Assembly: GCF_009831105.1 (NCBI RefSeq)
Contig: NZ_WUUQ01000009.1
Location: 1-12,695 of the forward strand
Origin: Copranaerobaculum intestinale
GTDB lineage: Bacteria; Bacillota_I; Bacilli_A; Erysipelotrichales; Erysipelotrichaceae
DNA length: 12,695 nt
Direction: 5' to 3'
The notes below the pieces were generated by a model. It was not told where the DNA came from, ran no database searches, and saw only the letters and a list, made by a program, of their open reading frames with translations. Each line of letters opens with the position of its first letter. The stretch's first letter is position 1. A program made the position numbers and the translations under genes. Of the stretch, positions 1 to 6,600 are shown piece after piece.

Positions 1-102
<102 letters not shown>

Positions 103-179
103 TTGTTTGTTTAGCTCTTCTTTACACTTTCACGTTTCTGTTTTCTTGAGTTTCTTTTGAATTGACGTATTCTGTTTAG

Positions 180-192
180 TTTTCAAAGATCG
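180..192 (-). promoter_or_regulatory. boxA-like antitermination element in the rRNA leader
   Basis: The minus strand reads CGATCTTTGAAAA followed by CTAAACA. This resembles the E. coli boxA TGCTCTTTAACAA and the CTTTGAAAACTAAACA leader motif I recall from Bacillus rrn operons. It lies between the promoter and the 16S start. Confidence 0.55.
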
Positions 193-216
193 TCGCCCTC
201 GCTTGAGCGCTTGTAT

Positions 217-246
217 ATAATAGCAAATCTCTTCTACCTATGTCAA
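217..246 (-). promoter_or_regulatory. sigma-A type rRNA operon promoter
   Basis: The minus strand reads TTGACA (241-246), an 18-nt spacer, then TGCTATTAT (extended -10, TATTAT at 217-222). An A/T-rich UP-like tract (aaaaaaataaaaaaggtaaagaaaagga) lies upstream at about 247-290. The promoter is about 115 nt upstream of the 16S start. Confidence 0.8.
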
Positions 247-315
247 TCCTTTTCTTTACCTTTTTTATTTTTTTAACTCCTGAATATATAAACCCTTGTA
301 ATGTTTCCTGATTTA

Positions 316-359
316 CGAAAAAAAGAAAAAAGAATTACTGCCGCGAAGCGCGTAATTCT
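316..359 (-). terminator. Rho-independent terminator of the DUF402 gene
   Basis: Perfect 8-bp stem agaattac (331-338) / gtaattct (352-359) with extra GC pairs inside. On the minus strand it is followed by TTTTTCTTTTTTTCG (316-330). The stem overlaps the TAA stop at 335-337. Confidence 0.8.
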
Positions 360-883
360 TTCAGTAATTGCTGATATTTTTCATAAAACTGATAAATTTC
401 ATCGGGATCGAACGGAGATCGGTGATGACGAATATCATTCAGTAAGAAACGCAGCTGCGAGCGAATCACCTGATCGAGCTCTTTGGAATATCCCATCTTA
501 GCTCCATGCTCCTGATACTCATCTTCGTCCAGAATAATCCATTTGCCGTTGGGAGATACCTTGACATCCAGATCATAATCAATATTTTTAATTGCCTCTC
601 CATCATATAAGGAAGGAGAAGCGAGATTACAGTAATAATGAATTCCGGATTTACGGATCATTGAAATTACATTATACCATTTATCCGGATAAAAGAAACA
701 GATCGCCGGCTCCCTAGTCAGCCACTTCCGCCCGTCTGATTCTACAACCCAAGCTCGGTCGGTAACCGCTACGATTCGCTGTTCGCTCGCTTCGATCACA
801 AAGCCTTTGATCCAGGTGCGGTGGAGACTTCCGTCATGCTTGAAGCTTTGAATATATACCATGTCTTTTTCCTTTAACTGCAT
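335..883 (-). CDS. ntdP: DUF402/UPF0374 family nucleoside tri-/diphosphate phosphatase (YgaC/Ntdp-like)
   Basis: 182-aa ORF with family-typical motifs (IQSFKHDGSLHRTW, WYNVI, HYYCNLASP, IDYDLDVKV). RBS GGAGGTG lies 7 nt before the ATG. Confidence 0.85.
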   Translation of the reverse strand: MQLKEKDMVYIQSFKHDGSLHRTWIKGFVIEASEQRIVAVTDRAWVVESDGRKWLTREPAICFFYPDKWYNVISMIRKSGIHYYCNLASPSLYDGEAIKNIDYDLDVKVSPNGKWIILDEDEYQEHGAKMGYSKELDQVIRSQLRFLLNDIRHHRSPFDPDEIYQFYEKYQQLLKELRASRQ

Positions 884-906
884 GATTTCACCTCCGCATA
901 CGCAGT

Positions 907-915
907 ATTATAACA
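907..915 (-). promoter_or_regulatory. candidate extended -10 promoter for ntdP
   Basis: The minus strand reads TGTTATAAT about 25 nt upstream of the RBS. The -35 is weak (TGGTGA at 17-nt spacing). Confidence 0.45.
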
Positions 916-991
916 AATTTTTTTCTCATTCACCACACATGTATAAGAAATTTACCCTTGCCCATACTACCATTAGAAAGGAGATATCACG

Positions 992-1195
992 ATGAAAGAT
1001 GAATTTATGATTACCGGAAAAGATTTGCTGTACATGGAAGACTTAATGGATCAGTCTTTGATGCTCGACAAGCGTTTAAACCATGAAATGTCCATTCTGC
1101 AGGATAAAGCATGTATCGATCAGGCGAAATGCGTACAGAAGATGATCAAGGAATACTATGCAAACGTTCTGCAACTGATCAAACAGGAGGTGTAA
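992..1195 (+). CDS. small helical hypothetical protein, translationally linked partner of the Coat F gene
   Basis: 67-aa ORF with RBS AAAGGAG 7 nt upstream. Its stop lies 3 nt before the next ATG. I recognise no family. Confidence 0.6.
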   Translation: MKDEFMITGKDLLYMEDLMDQSLMLDKRLNHEMSILQDKACIDQAKCVQKMIKEYYANVLQLIKQEV

Positions 1196-1198
1196 AAC

Positions 1199-1480
1199 AT
1201 GGCAGAAAACAAAAAAGCATACTGCGAACAGGATGTTATGACTGAGCTGTTGGTCTCTCTCAAGCATCTGAAAGCACTAACCAATACATTCACTCAGGAA
1301 TGCAGTAATGAATTGCTGTATAAGGAAATTGATGCGATCTACCAGCAGATCTCTACGGAACAGCGCAATACCTTTGAATTGATGAAATCTAAAGGCTGGT
1401 ATGTCATGGAGCCGGAAAAAGGAACGAAATTATCCAAGACATATACAAAATTCTCTAATAAGGAAGCTGAATTATCATAA
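1199..1480 (+). CDS. Coat F domain spore coat protein
   Basis: 93 aa. It shows the Coat F pattern: DVMTELLVSLKHL...TQECSN.ELY...I....EQ...FELMKSKGWY. RBS AGGAGG lies 7 nt upstream and overlaps the end of the preceding ORF. Confidence 0.8.
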   Translation: MAENKKAYCEQDVMTELLVSLKHLKALTNTFTQECSNELLYKEIDAIYQQISTEQRNTFELMKSKGWYVMEPEKGTKLSKTYTKFSNKEAELS

Positions 1481-1503
1481 GACGGAACTTCCGTCTTTTT
1501 TTG
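1479..1503 (+). terminator. Rho-independent terminator
   Basis: Hairpin aagacgga-act-tccgtctt followed by tttttt, immediately after the TAA stop. Confidence 0.85.
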
Positions 1504-1561
1504 TTTCATGACAAATAACCACTTTTATGATAGAGTTTTATTAAAGAAAGCCGGTGTATGC

Positions 1562-2026
1562 ATGAACCAAGAAGAACAATATGAAATACTTTTAAAACAG
1601 GCTGAGTTACTGATTGAAAATGAGACCGATCAAATCGCGAATATGGCCAATCTCAGTGCCCTGCTGATGATGAGCCTGGAAAACATCAACTGGGCAGGCT
1701 TCTATCTTTATAAAGAAGATCAGTTGATCCTCGGTCCGTTCCAGGGTAAGCCAGCCTGTATACGTATCCCATTGGGAAGCGGAGTATGCGGAACAGCTGC
1801 CGCTACCAAGCGAGCACAATGCGTCAAGGATGTACATCAGTTCCCCGGTCATATCGCATGTGACAGCGCCAGCCGCAGTGAAATCGTAGTGCCGATTCTG
1901 ACAGCGGATAATCGCTTGATCGGAGTACTTGATATTGACGCTCCGATACCGGATCGTTTTGAAGAAACCGATATTCCCTTCTTCACCAAGCTGGCTGAGC
2001 TGATCGGCAGACATTCCGGTAAATAA
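1562..2026 (+). CDS. msrC: GAF domain protein, free methionine-(R)-sulfoxide reductase family (YtsP/YebR-like)
   Basis: Strong resemblance to YtsP/YebR: ETDQIANMANLSALL, NWAGFY, LGPFQGKPACIRIPLGSGVCGTAA, FPGHIACDSASRSEIVVPI. I prefer the ATG at 1562 (MNQEEQYEILLKQ...). The 1508 ATG abuts the upstream terminator and adds a non-conserved N-terminal extension. Confidence 0.85.
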   Translation: MNQEEQYEILLKQAELLIENETDQIANMANLSALLMMSLENINWAGFYLYKEDQLILGPFQGKPACIRIPLGSGVCGTAAATKRAQCVKDVHQFPGHIACDSASRSEIVVPILTADNRLIGVLDIDAPIPDRFEETDIPFFTKLAELIGRHSGK

Positions 2027-2048
2027 TAAAAAAGTGCTTTCAGCACTT
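2025..2048. terminator. hairpin terminator between convergent genes (best on minus strand)
   Basis: Hairpin aagtgct-ttc-agcactt (2032-2048) preceded by an A-tract. The minus-strand reading gives the hairpin plus TTTTTTATTATTT. The plus-strand reading lacks a good U-tract. Confidence 0.65.
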
Positions 2049-2148
2049 GATATATGTATATAAAAAAGTAGATAGTGACATAGACCCAATTTGAAGTGAA
2101 CCCCCAAAATTTGGACAACCAAATAAACGAGGTTCACCTTTTATATGG

Positions 2149-2931
2149 TTAAATCCAGCCTTGTTCTTTCATAAAAATTAAAATACCATCTTCATCAATA
2201 TGACCGCAGACCGCATCTGCCGCATCCTTCAGCTGCTGCTTTCCATTTCCCATCGCAACTCCCAAACCAGCTATTTTTAACATTTCAATATCGTTTAATC
2301 CATCACCAAAGCAGACGATATCCCGTATGTCCATATTCCAATGCTTTGCCATAGCCAGAACTCCATCGCCCTTTTCCACTCCCGGTGCAGTTAATTCCCA
2401 TACCCGGTTGTAATGTACGATGTTGCAGCCTTGCGATGCCTGTTCGATCTGATCATCGATATCCGTCCGCTCGCTTTGAATCAGAATATTAAAAACCGGT
2501 TCTTCTTCATATGGTTTTTCAAGCGGCATATTCAAATATAAATGGAAGAACACGTCCAGATACCAGTCCGATATCTTGCCATGTGAATAATCACCCGCAG
2601 CACAGGAATAGCGAAGATCCATGCCAGTCTGCTTCTGTACTTCGATCAGCTTTTCCATGACCCCCTTAGGGATCGGTTTATCTTGTATACCCTCACCTTT
2701 TGAAACAACATGAGCCCCGCCGTCATAAATATAGGCATCAAAAGGAAAGTTTCGATAAAAAGACGGCAGCTGTTTTGTCTCATCCGCACAGCGGCTGGTG
2801 GCGATTCCCAGCTTCCAGCCGTTTTCCTTTAATGCCAATAGAGCATTTTGAGCAGATACCGGGATATCTTGGTAACTGTGTGAATACAGTGTTCCGTCAA
2901 TATCGAAGAAACATGCTTTATAGTTTGTCAT
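2149..2931 (-). CDS. Cof-type HAD-IIB family hydrolase/sugar phosphatase
   Basis: 260 aa with HAD motifs FFDIDGTL (motif I), ATSR (motif II) and GDGLNDIEML (motif IV). Confidence 0.85.
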   Translation of the reverse strand: MTNYKACFFDIDGTLYSHSYQDIPVSAQNALLALKENGWKLGIATSRCADETKQLPSFYRNFPFDAYIYDGGAHVVSKGEGIQDKPIPKGVMEKLIEVQKQTGMDLRYSCAAGDYSHGKISDWYLDVFFHLYLNMPLEKPYEEEPVFNILIQSERTDIDDQIEQASQGCNIVHYNRVWELTAPGVEKGDGVLAMAKHWNMDIRDIVCFGDGLNDIEMLKIAGLGVAMGNGKQQLKDAADAVCGHIDEDGILIFMKEQGWI

Positions 2932-2989
2932 TTTCGTACCTCACATGAACCATTTTACCATTCTCAATAAGAAAACGGTACTCTTTACA

Positions 2990-3020
2990 TAAAAAAACGC
3001 ATGCTCATCCATGCGTTTTT
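2990..3020 (-). terminator. Rho-independent terminator of nagA
   Basis: Hairpin acgcatg-ctcatc-catgcgt flanked by a 7-A tract and a T tract. On the minus strand it follows the nagA TAA (3025-3027) and ends in TTTTTTT. Confidence 0.85.
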
Positions 3021-3024
3021 ATAC

Positions 3025-4164
3025 TTATAAGCTTGCTTTTCCCATGCAGTAAGTCTGGGCAACGGAATAGTCATCGTTCAAAACGACAATATCCGCATCT
3101 TTTCCTGCCTGCAAAGATCCCTTGCGGTCATCAACATGCAAACAGCGTGCCGGATTGATCGTGCAGGAATTTATAGCGCTGTCAAATGGAACCAAAGCTT
3201 TTTCAACCAGTATTTTCAATCCCTCGTTCACTCTCAAAGTTGAACCGGCAAGCCCCTTTGTTGCTGTCAAATGTGCGCTGCCATCAGGATAAATTTCAAT
3301 TTCATTACCGCCGAAAATATACTTTCCGCCAATCGGCAATCCTTTTGCCATCAGCGCGTCAGTGATCATAATCGTATAATCACGGCCTTTTACCGTGAAC
3401 AGATCATTCAGCGCGGCCAAGGTGGAATGGTTTCCGTCACAGATCACTTCGCCGTATACATCGCGGTTACGCATTGCTGCGCCTACCAGACCCGGTTTAC
3501 GATGCTGAAATGGGGTCATACCATTGAAAATATGTGTCATACTGCGAGCCCCATTGGCAATGGCCATTTCTGCTTCCTCATAGGTTGCGGCAGAATGTCC
3601 GATGCTTACCACGACTCCGTTCTGGGCACAATAGCGAGTTAACTCCAAATTCTCATCCTGCTCCGTAGCCATGGTGATGACTTTGATCAAACCATTTGCA
3701 GCCTTCTGATATTTTTTAAACTGTTCAACGCTCGGCTTAACAATGTACTGCTCCGGCTGTGCTCCTTTGTAGACCATATCCAGATACGGTCCTTCAAAAT
3801 GAACACCCAAAATTTCAGCACCTTCATAGCCGTCCTCAACGACCTTTGCTACATTTTTCAAAGCCTTAGTCAGCACTTCCTCCGATTGTGTAATCGTGGT
3901 TGGGCAAATGCCGGTAACACCTTCTTCGGGAATGCGCTTCATCCAGTTGCGCAGACCGTCTTCTGCCGCATCATTGGTATCAAAACCATATGAGCCATGT
4001 GTATGCATATCGATAAATCCCGGAACAATACGTTTGTCTCCGTAATCTTCGTCAACCTTTTTACTGCCGTATTCATATACAGCCGCAATTTTTCCGTCAG
4101 CGATTTCCAATTGAGCTTCTAAAAACTGCCCTAATACCCATACTCGTTTACTTTGAATTATCAT
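3025..4164 (-). CDS. nagA: N-acetylglucosamine-6-phosphate deacetylase
   Basis: 379 aa with amidohydrolase/NagA motifs GFIDMHTHGSYGFD, HFEGPY, SIGHSAATYEEA, THIFNGM, CDGNH and ITDA. RBS AGGAGG lies 8 nt upstream. Confidence 0.93.
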   Translation of the reverse strand: MIIQSKRVWVLGQFLEAQLEIADGKIAAVYEYGSKKVDEDYGDKRIVPGFIDMHTHGSYGFDTNDAAEDGLRNWMKRIPEEGVTGICPTTITQSEEVLTKALKNVAKVVEDGYEGAEILGVHFEGPYLDMVYKGAQPEQYIVKPSVEQFKKYQKAANGLIKVITMATEQDENLELTRYCAQNGVVVSIGHSAATYEEAEMAIANGARSMTHIFNGMTPFQHRKPGLVGAAMRNRDVYGEVICDGNHSTLAALNDLFTVKGRDYTIMITDALMAKGLPIGGKYIFGGNEIEIYPDGSAHLTATKGLAGSTLRVNEGLKILVEKALVPFDSAINSCTINPARCLHVDDRKGSLQAGKDADIVVLNDDYSVAQTYCMGKASL

Positions 4165-4192
4165 TGCATTTTCCTCCTTGATGCATACTCAT

Positions 4193-4228
4193 ATTATACT
4201 ATCATTCCTTTGAATTTGAAACCAAATT
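4193..4228 (-). promoter_or_regulatory. candidate nagA promoter with overlapping 16-bp palindrome (possible operator)
   Basis: The minus strand has TATAAT at 4193-4198 and TTCAAA/TTTCAA at 16-17 nt spacing. The palindrome AATTTG-N4-CAAATT (4213-4228) covers the -35 region. Confidence 0.45.
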
Positions 4229-4230
4229 AC

Positions 4231-4470
4231 TCATAAGAAAAAATAGCCCCCGGCAAGCAGATACATGCTCAGCAGCATTAGGTCAAATGTCGCAAAGCTA
4301 AGATAGGTACGTTTTATCAGTTTTGGAATGCACAGTGCTGCTACTCCTAAAAACGGCAGCCAAAACCACACATTGCGAAAAGCGCTCATCATAATTAAAA
4401 GAATATTGATGATCAACGCGGTCATAAAAACGATCTGAATCGAACGTATTTCTTTTTCTAGGGAAAACAT
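4231..4470 (-). CDS. small hydrophobic membrane protein (2-3 predicted TM segments), hypothetical
   Basis: 79-aa ORF with a very strong RBS (AAAAAGGAGGAAGGCT then ATG) and hydrophobic stretches. I recognise no family. Confidence 0.6.
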   Translation of the reverse strand: MFSLEKEIRSIQIVFMTALIINILLIMMSAFRNVWFWLPFLGVAALCIPKLIKRTYLSFATFDLMLLSMYLLAGGYFFL

Positions 4471-4581
4471 AGCCTTCCTCCTTTTTATTTAGTATGAACA
4501 CGATATGTGAAAAAATATGCAAAAGGATGGAAAAAAAGAGCAAGCGAGGGTAAAATATAAACATTATGGAGGGTTATGGAT

Positions 4582-5784
4582 ATGAAAAAAGCTATACAGA
4601 TCAAAGATCAAATATACTGGGTTGGCGTCCAGGATTTTAATTTACGGCATTTTCACGGATCACTGTATCCGATTGAGGAAGGCACAACTTATAATGCCTA
4701 TTTAATTGTAGATGAACAGGTAACGCTGATTGATACGGTTGAAGAGGAATTCACGCCGGTACTGTTAGAACGTATCCGTTCTGTGATCGGTGATCGTCCG
4801 GTCGATAACATCATTGTTCAGCATGCCGAGCCGGATCACTCCGGAGGTTTTGAAAAAGTCATGCAGGCTTATCCAAATGCGGTCCCTTATGCATCCAATG
4901 CCGGTGTTCAAATCATGATGAAGCAGTACTTTCATGACTATCATTATCAAAAAGTAAAGACTGGTGATACTCTGTCAACCGGTGTTAACACATTAACCTT
5001 TGTAGAAATGCCGTTGATTCACTGGCCTGATAATATGCTGACCTATGTGGATCAGGCAAAAATCTTATTCTCCAATGATGCGTTCGGTCAGCACATCGCC
5101 GGATATGAATTGTTTGATGAAGCTTACGCTTTAAATTTCTGTCTGGACAAAGCAAAGGAGTATTATGCTAATATTGTAATGCCGTATGGCATGCAGGTTG
5201 CTAATAAGCTGAAGGCACTGAAAGACATGAATCTGGATATTGATATGATCGCTCCGGCACATGGCATTATCTGGAAACAATACATAAATGCGATCTGGAA
5301 TGCCTATGAAGGATTTGCGAGCTTTCGCAGTGAGGCAAAAGCAGTGATCGTGTATGACAGTGTATGGCACCACACGCAGATGATGGCCGAAGCTTTAGCG
5401 GAAGGGCTTGGTCAAAACGGTGTTAAAGTGAAGGTGTATAAATATTCTGAAACGATGAGCTGCATCATTATGAAAGAATTACTGGATGCGAAAGCGATCT
5501 TCGTCGGCAGCGGCTGCTACAACAATACAATGTCTTCCGAGATCGCCGGTTTTCTGGATCGCCTGATCAGCTGTAAAGTAAAAGGCAAGGTCGGTTTAGG
5601 ATTTGGTTCCTGGGGTTGGTTCAATCAGGTTCCGGGACGGATTAACGATAAACTAAAGGAAGCCGGTATTACATTGCTTCAGGAAGGAGCTGCTATCACT
5701 CAGAATTATACGCCCTCTGAATCTGATCTTTCTGTGATTGAAGCGAAGGCTGCGGAAATGGCAGAAACAATAAAATCCCTCTAA
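4582..5784 (+). CDS. fprA: flavodiiron protein (type A flavoprotein, O2/NO reductase): metallo-beta-lactamase-like plus flavodoxin domains
   Basis: Diiron motif QHAEPDHSGG, a WPDNM region, and the flavodoxin-like C-terminus VIVYDSVWHHTQMMAEAL. The ORF opens at 4576, but GGAGG (4568-4572) has better spacing to the ATG at 4582. Confidence 0.9.
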   Translation: MKKAIQIKDQIYWVGVQDFNLRHFHGSLYPIEEGTTYNAYLIVDEQVTLIDTVEEEFTPVLLERIRSVIGDRPVDNIIVQHAEPDHSGGFEKVMQAYPNAVPYASNAGVQIMMKQYFHDYHYQKVKTGDTLSTGVNTLTFVEMPLIHWPDNMLTYVDQAKILFSNDAFGQHIAGYELFDEAYALNFCLDKAKEYYANIVMPYGMQVANKLKALKDMNLDIDMIAPAHGIIWKQYINAIWNAYEGFASFRSEAKAVIVYDSVWHHTQMMAEALAEGLGQNGVKVKVYKYSETMSCIIMKELLDAKAIFVGSGCYNNTMSSEIAGFLDRLISCKVKGKVGLGFGSWGWFNQVPGRINDKLKEAGITLLQEGAAITQNYTPSESDLSVIEAKAAEMAETIKSL

Positions 5785-5806
5785 ACTCCCGATTGGGAGT
5801 TTTATT
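5784..5806 (+). terminator. Rho-independent terminator
   Basis: Hairpin aactccc-gatt-gggagtt followed by ttatt, immediately after the stop. Confidence 0.8.
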
Positions 5807-5811
5807 ATGTA

Positions 5812-5839
5812 ACCATAGCCAAATATCCCTCATAAAATA
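5812..5839 (+). promoter_or_regulatory. candidate mother-cell (sigma-K-like) promoter upstream of ytaF
   Basis: AC (5812-5813), a 17-nt spacer, then CATAAAATA (5831-5839). This matches the AC-N16/17-CATAnnnTA consensus I recall for sigma-K. Pattern match only. Confidence 0.3.
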
Positions 5840-5863
5840 ACCTGTACGGGAGGGGGTATATCA

Positions 5864-6505
5864 ATGCTTTCATTGACATCCATTCTGGAAGCGTTATTTT
5901 TAGTCATTGCCCTGTCAATAGATGCGTTTGTGGCAAGCTTTGCCTACGGCAGCGACCGTATTCATATACCATATGTATCTGTCTTTATCATAAGCGGTAT
6001 TTGCAGTCTTGTATTGGGAATCTCTTTATTTATCGGGGTCATGGTCAAGCCATGGGTTCCGGCCTCACTGATCACCGGGATTTGTTTTCTATTGCTGTTT
6101 GCACTGGGCGCTTTTAAAATATTCGACAGCTCCGTGAAACGACTGATCCGCAAATATCATAAGGTTCGTCGGCAGGTTTCCTTTTCCATTTTTCAGCTTC
6201 ATTTTCTGCTTCAAGTATATGCTGATCCGCAATCAGCCGACTACGATCATTCGCGCATACTGAATCCGAGCGAAGCTACTCTTTTGGCAATTTCCCTGTC
6301 TATCGATGGACTGGCCGCGGGATTTTCCGCCGGATTAACCAATCTCAATCCATGGCTGGTGCTGCTGCTCTCCTTCGGCTGCGGCGCCGTCATGGTCATC
6401 AGCGGCAGTAAGCTTGGAAAACTGATGGCTGATAAAAGCCGTTTTGATTTATCTTGGATGGGCGGCTGCATTCTGCTCGTACTAGCTTTTTTTAAATTGA
6501 TGTAA
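5864..6505 (+). CDS. ytaF: YtaF/MntP (DUF204) family membrane protein: putative sporulation membrane protein YtaF or Mn efflux-like
   Basis: 213 aa, polytopic. It has two DUF204-type repeats, each with the SIDAF/SIDGL motif (LSIDAFVASFAYG and LSIDGLAAGFSAG). RBS GGGAGGGGG. Confidence 0.7.
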   Translation: MLSLTSILEALFLVIALSIDAFVASFAYGSDRIHIPYVSVFIISGICSLVLGISLFIGVMVKPWVPASLITGICFLLLFALGAFKIFDSSVKRLIRKYHKVRRQVSFSIFQLHFLLQVYADPQSADYDHSRILNPSEATLLAISLSIDGLAAGFSAGLTNLNPWLVLLLSFGCGAVMVISGSKLGKLMADKSRFDLSWMGGCILLVLAFFKLM

Positions 6506-6516
6506 CAGATTGCATT

Positions 6517-6600
6517 AAAAAAGATATCGTCAATTATGAAGCAAGCTCCTATTACCGGCAACAGCTTTAGGATTTCTTCATGAAGACGATATCTATTTTT
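6517..6600. terminator. long imperfect hairpin, bidirectional terminator between convergent ytaF and the pilT-like gene
   Basis: 10-bp stem (6522-6531 with 6585-6594) plus an 8-bp stem (6534-6541 with 6576-6583, one G-U pair) around a 34-nt loop that has its own 5-bp stem. An A-tract (6517-6522) lies on one side and a T-tract (6596-6600) on the other. Confidence 0.6.

Noticed and set aside
301-501. 66-aa plus-strand ORF
   Set aside because: It lies antisense to the well-supported DUF402 gene and spans its terminator. It has no RBS and a low-complexity, K/R-rich start.
963-970. Sigma-E/K-type -10 box (CATACTAC) for the coat module
   Set aside because: It is only a partial match: it lacks the TA at positions 8-9 of CATAnnnTA. 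It would leave a very short leader before the RBS. It is too weak to annotate as a feature and is mentioned only in a finding.
1076-1267. 63-aa minus-strand ORF
   Set aside because: It lies antisense across the junction of the two coat-module genes. It has no RBS and no recognisable family.
1508-1561. Upstream ATG extending the GAF protein by 18 aa
   Set aside because: The ATG at 1508 sits 5 nt after the upstream terminator T-tract. The added residues have no counterpart in YtsP/YebR-type proteins. The 1562 start aligns with the conserved N-terminus.
1607-2137. 176-aa and 89-aa minus-strand ORFs (1607-2137, 1849-2118)
   Set aside because: They lie antisense to the strongly supported GAF/MsrC gene and run through the terminator hairpin. 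These are shadow ORFs.
3271-3993. Plus-strand ORFs 3271-3642 and 3799-3993; also 2700-2948
   Set aside because: They lie antisense to nagA and the HAD gene, both of which have clear family motifs. They are shadow ORFs.
4298-4564. 88-aa minus-strand ORF overlapping the 79-aa membrane ORF in another frame
   Set aside because: It has no RBS and would start inside the divergent promoter region. The 79-aa frame has a near-perfect SD and membrane-protein composition.
5785-5863. Mn-sensing yybP-ykoY riboswitch upstream of the MntP/YtaF-family gene
   Set aside because: The intergenic region is only about 80 nt and is mostly occupied by the fprA terminator and the RBS. There is no room for the roughly 100-nt four-helix riboswitch, and I did not see its conserved motifs.
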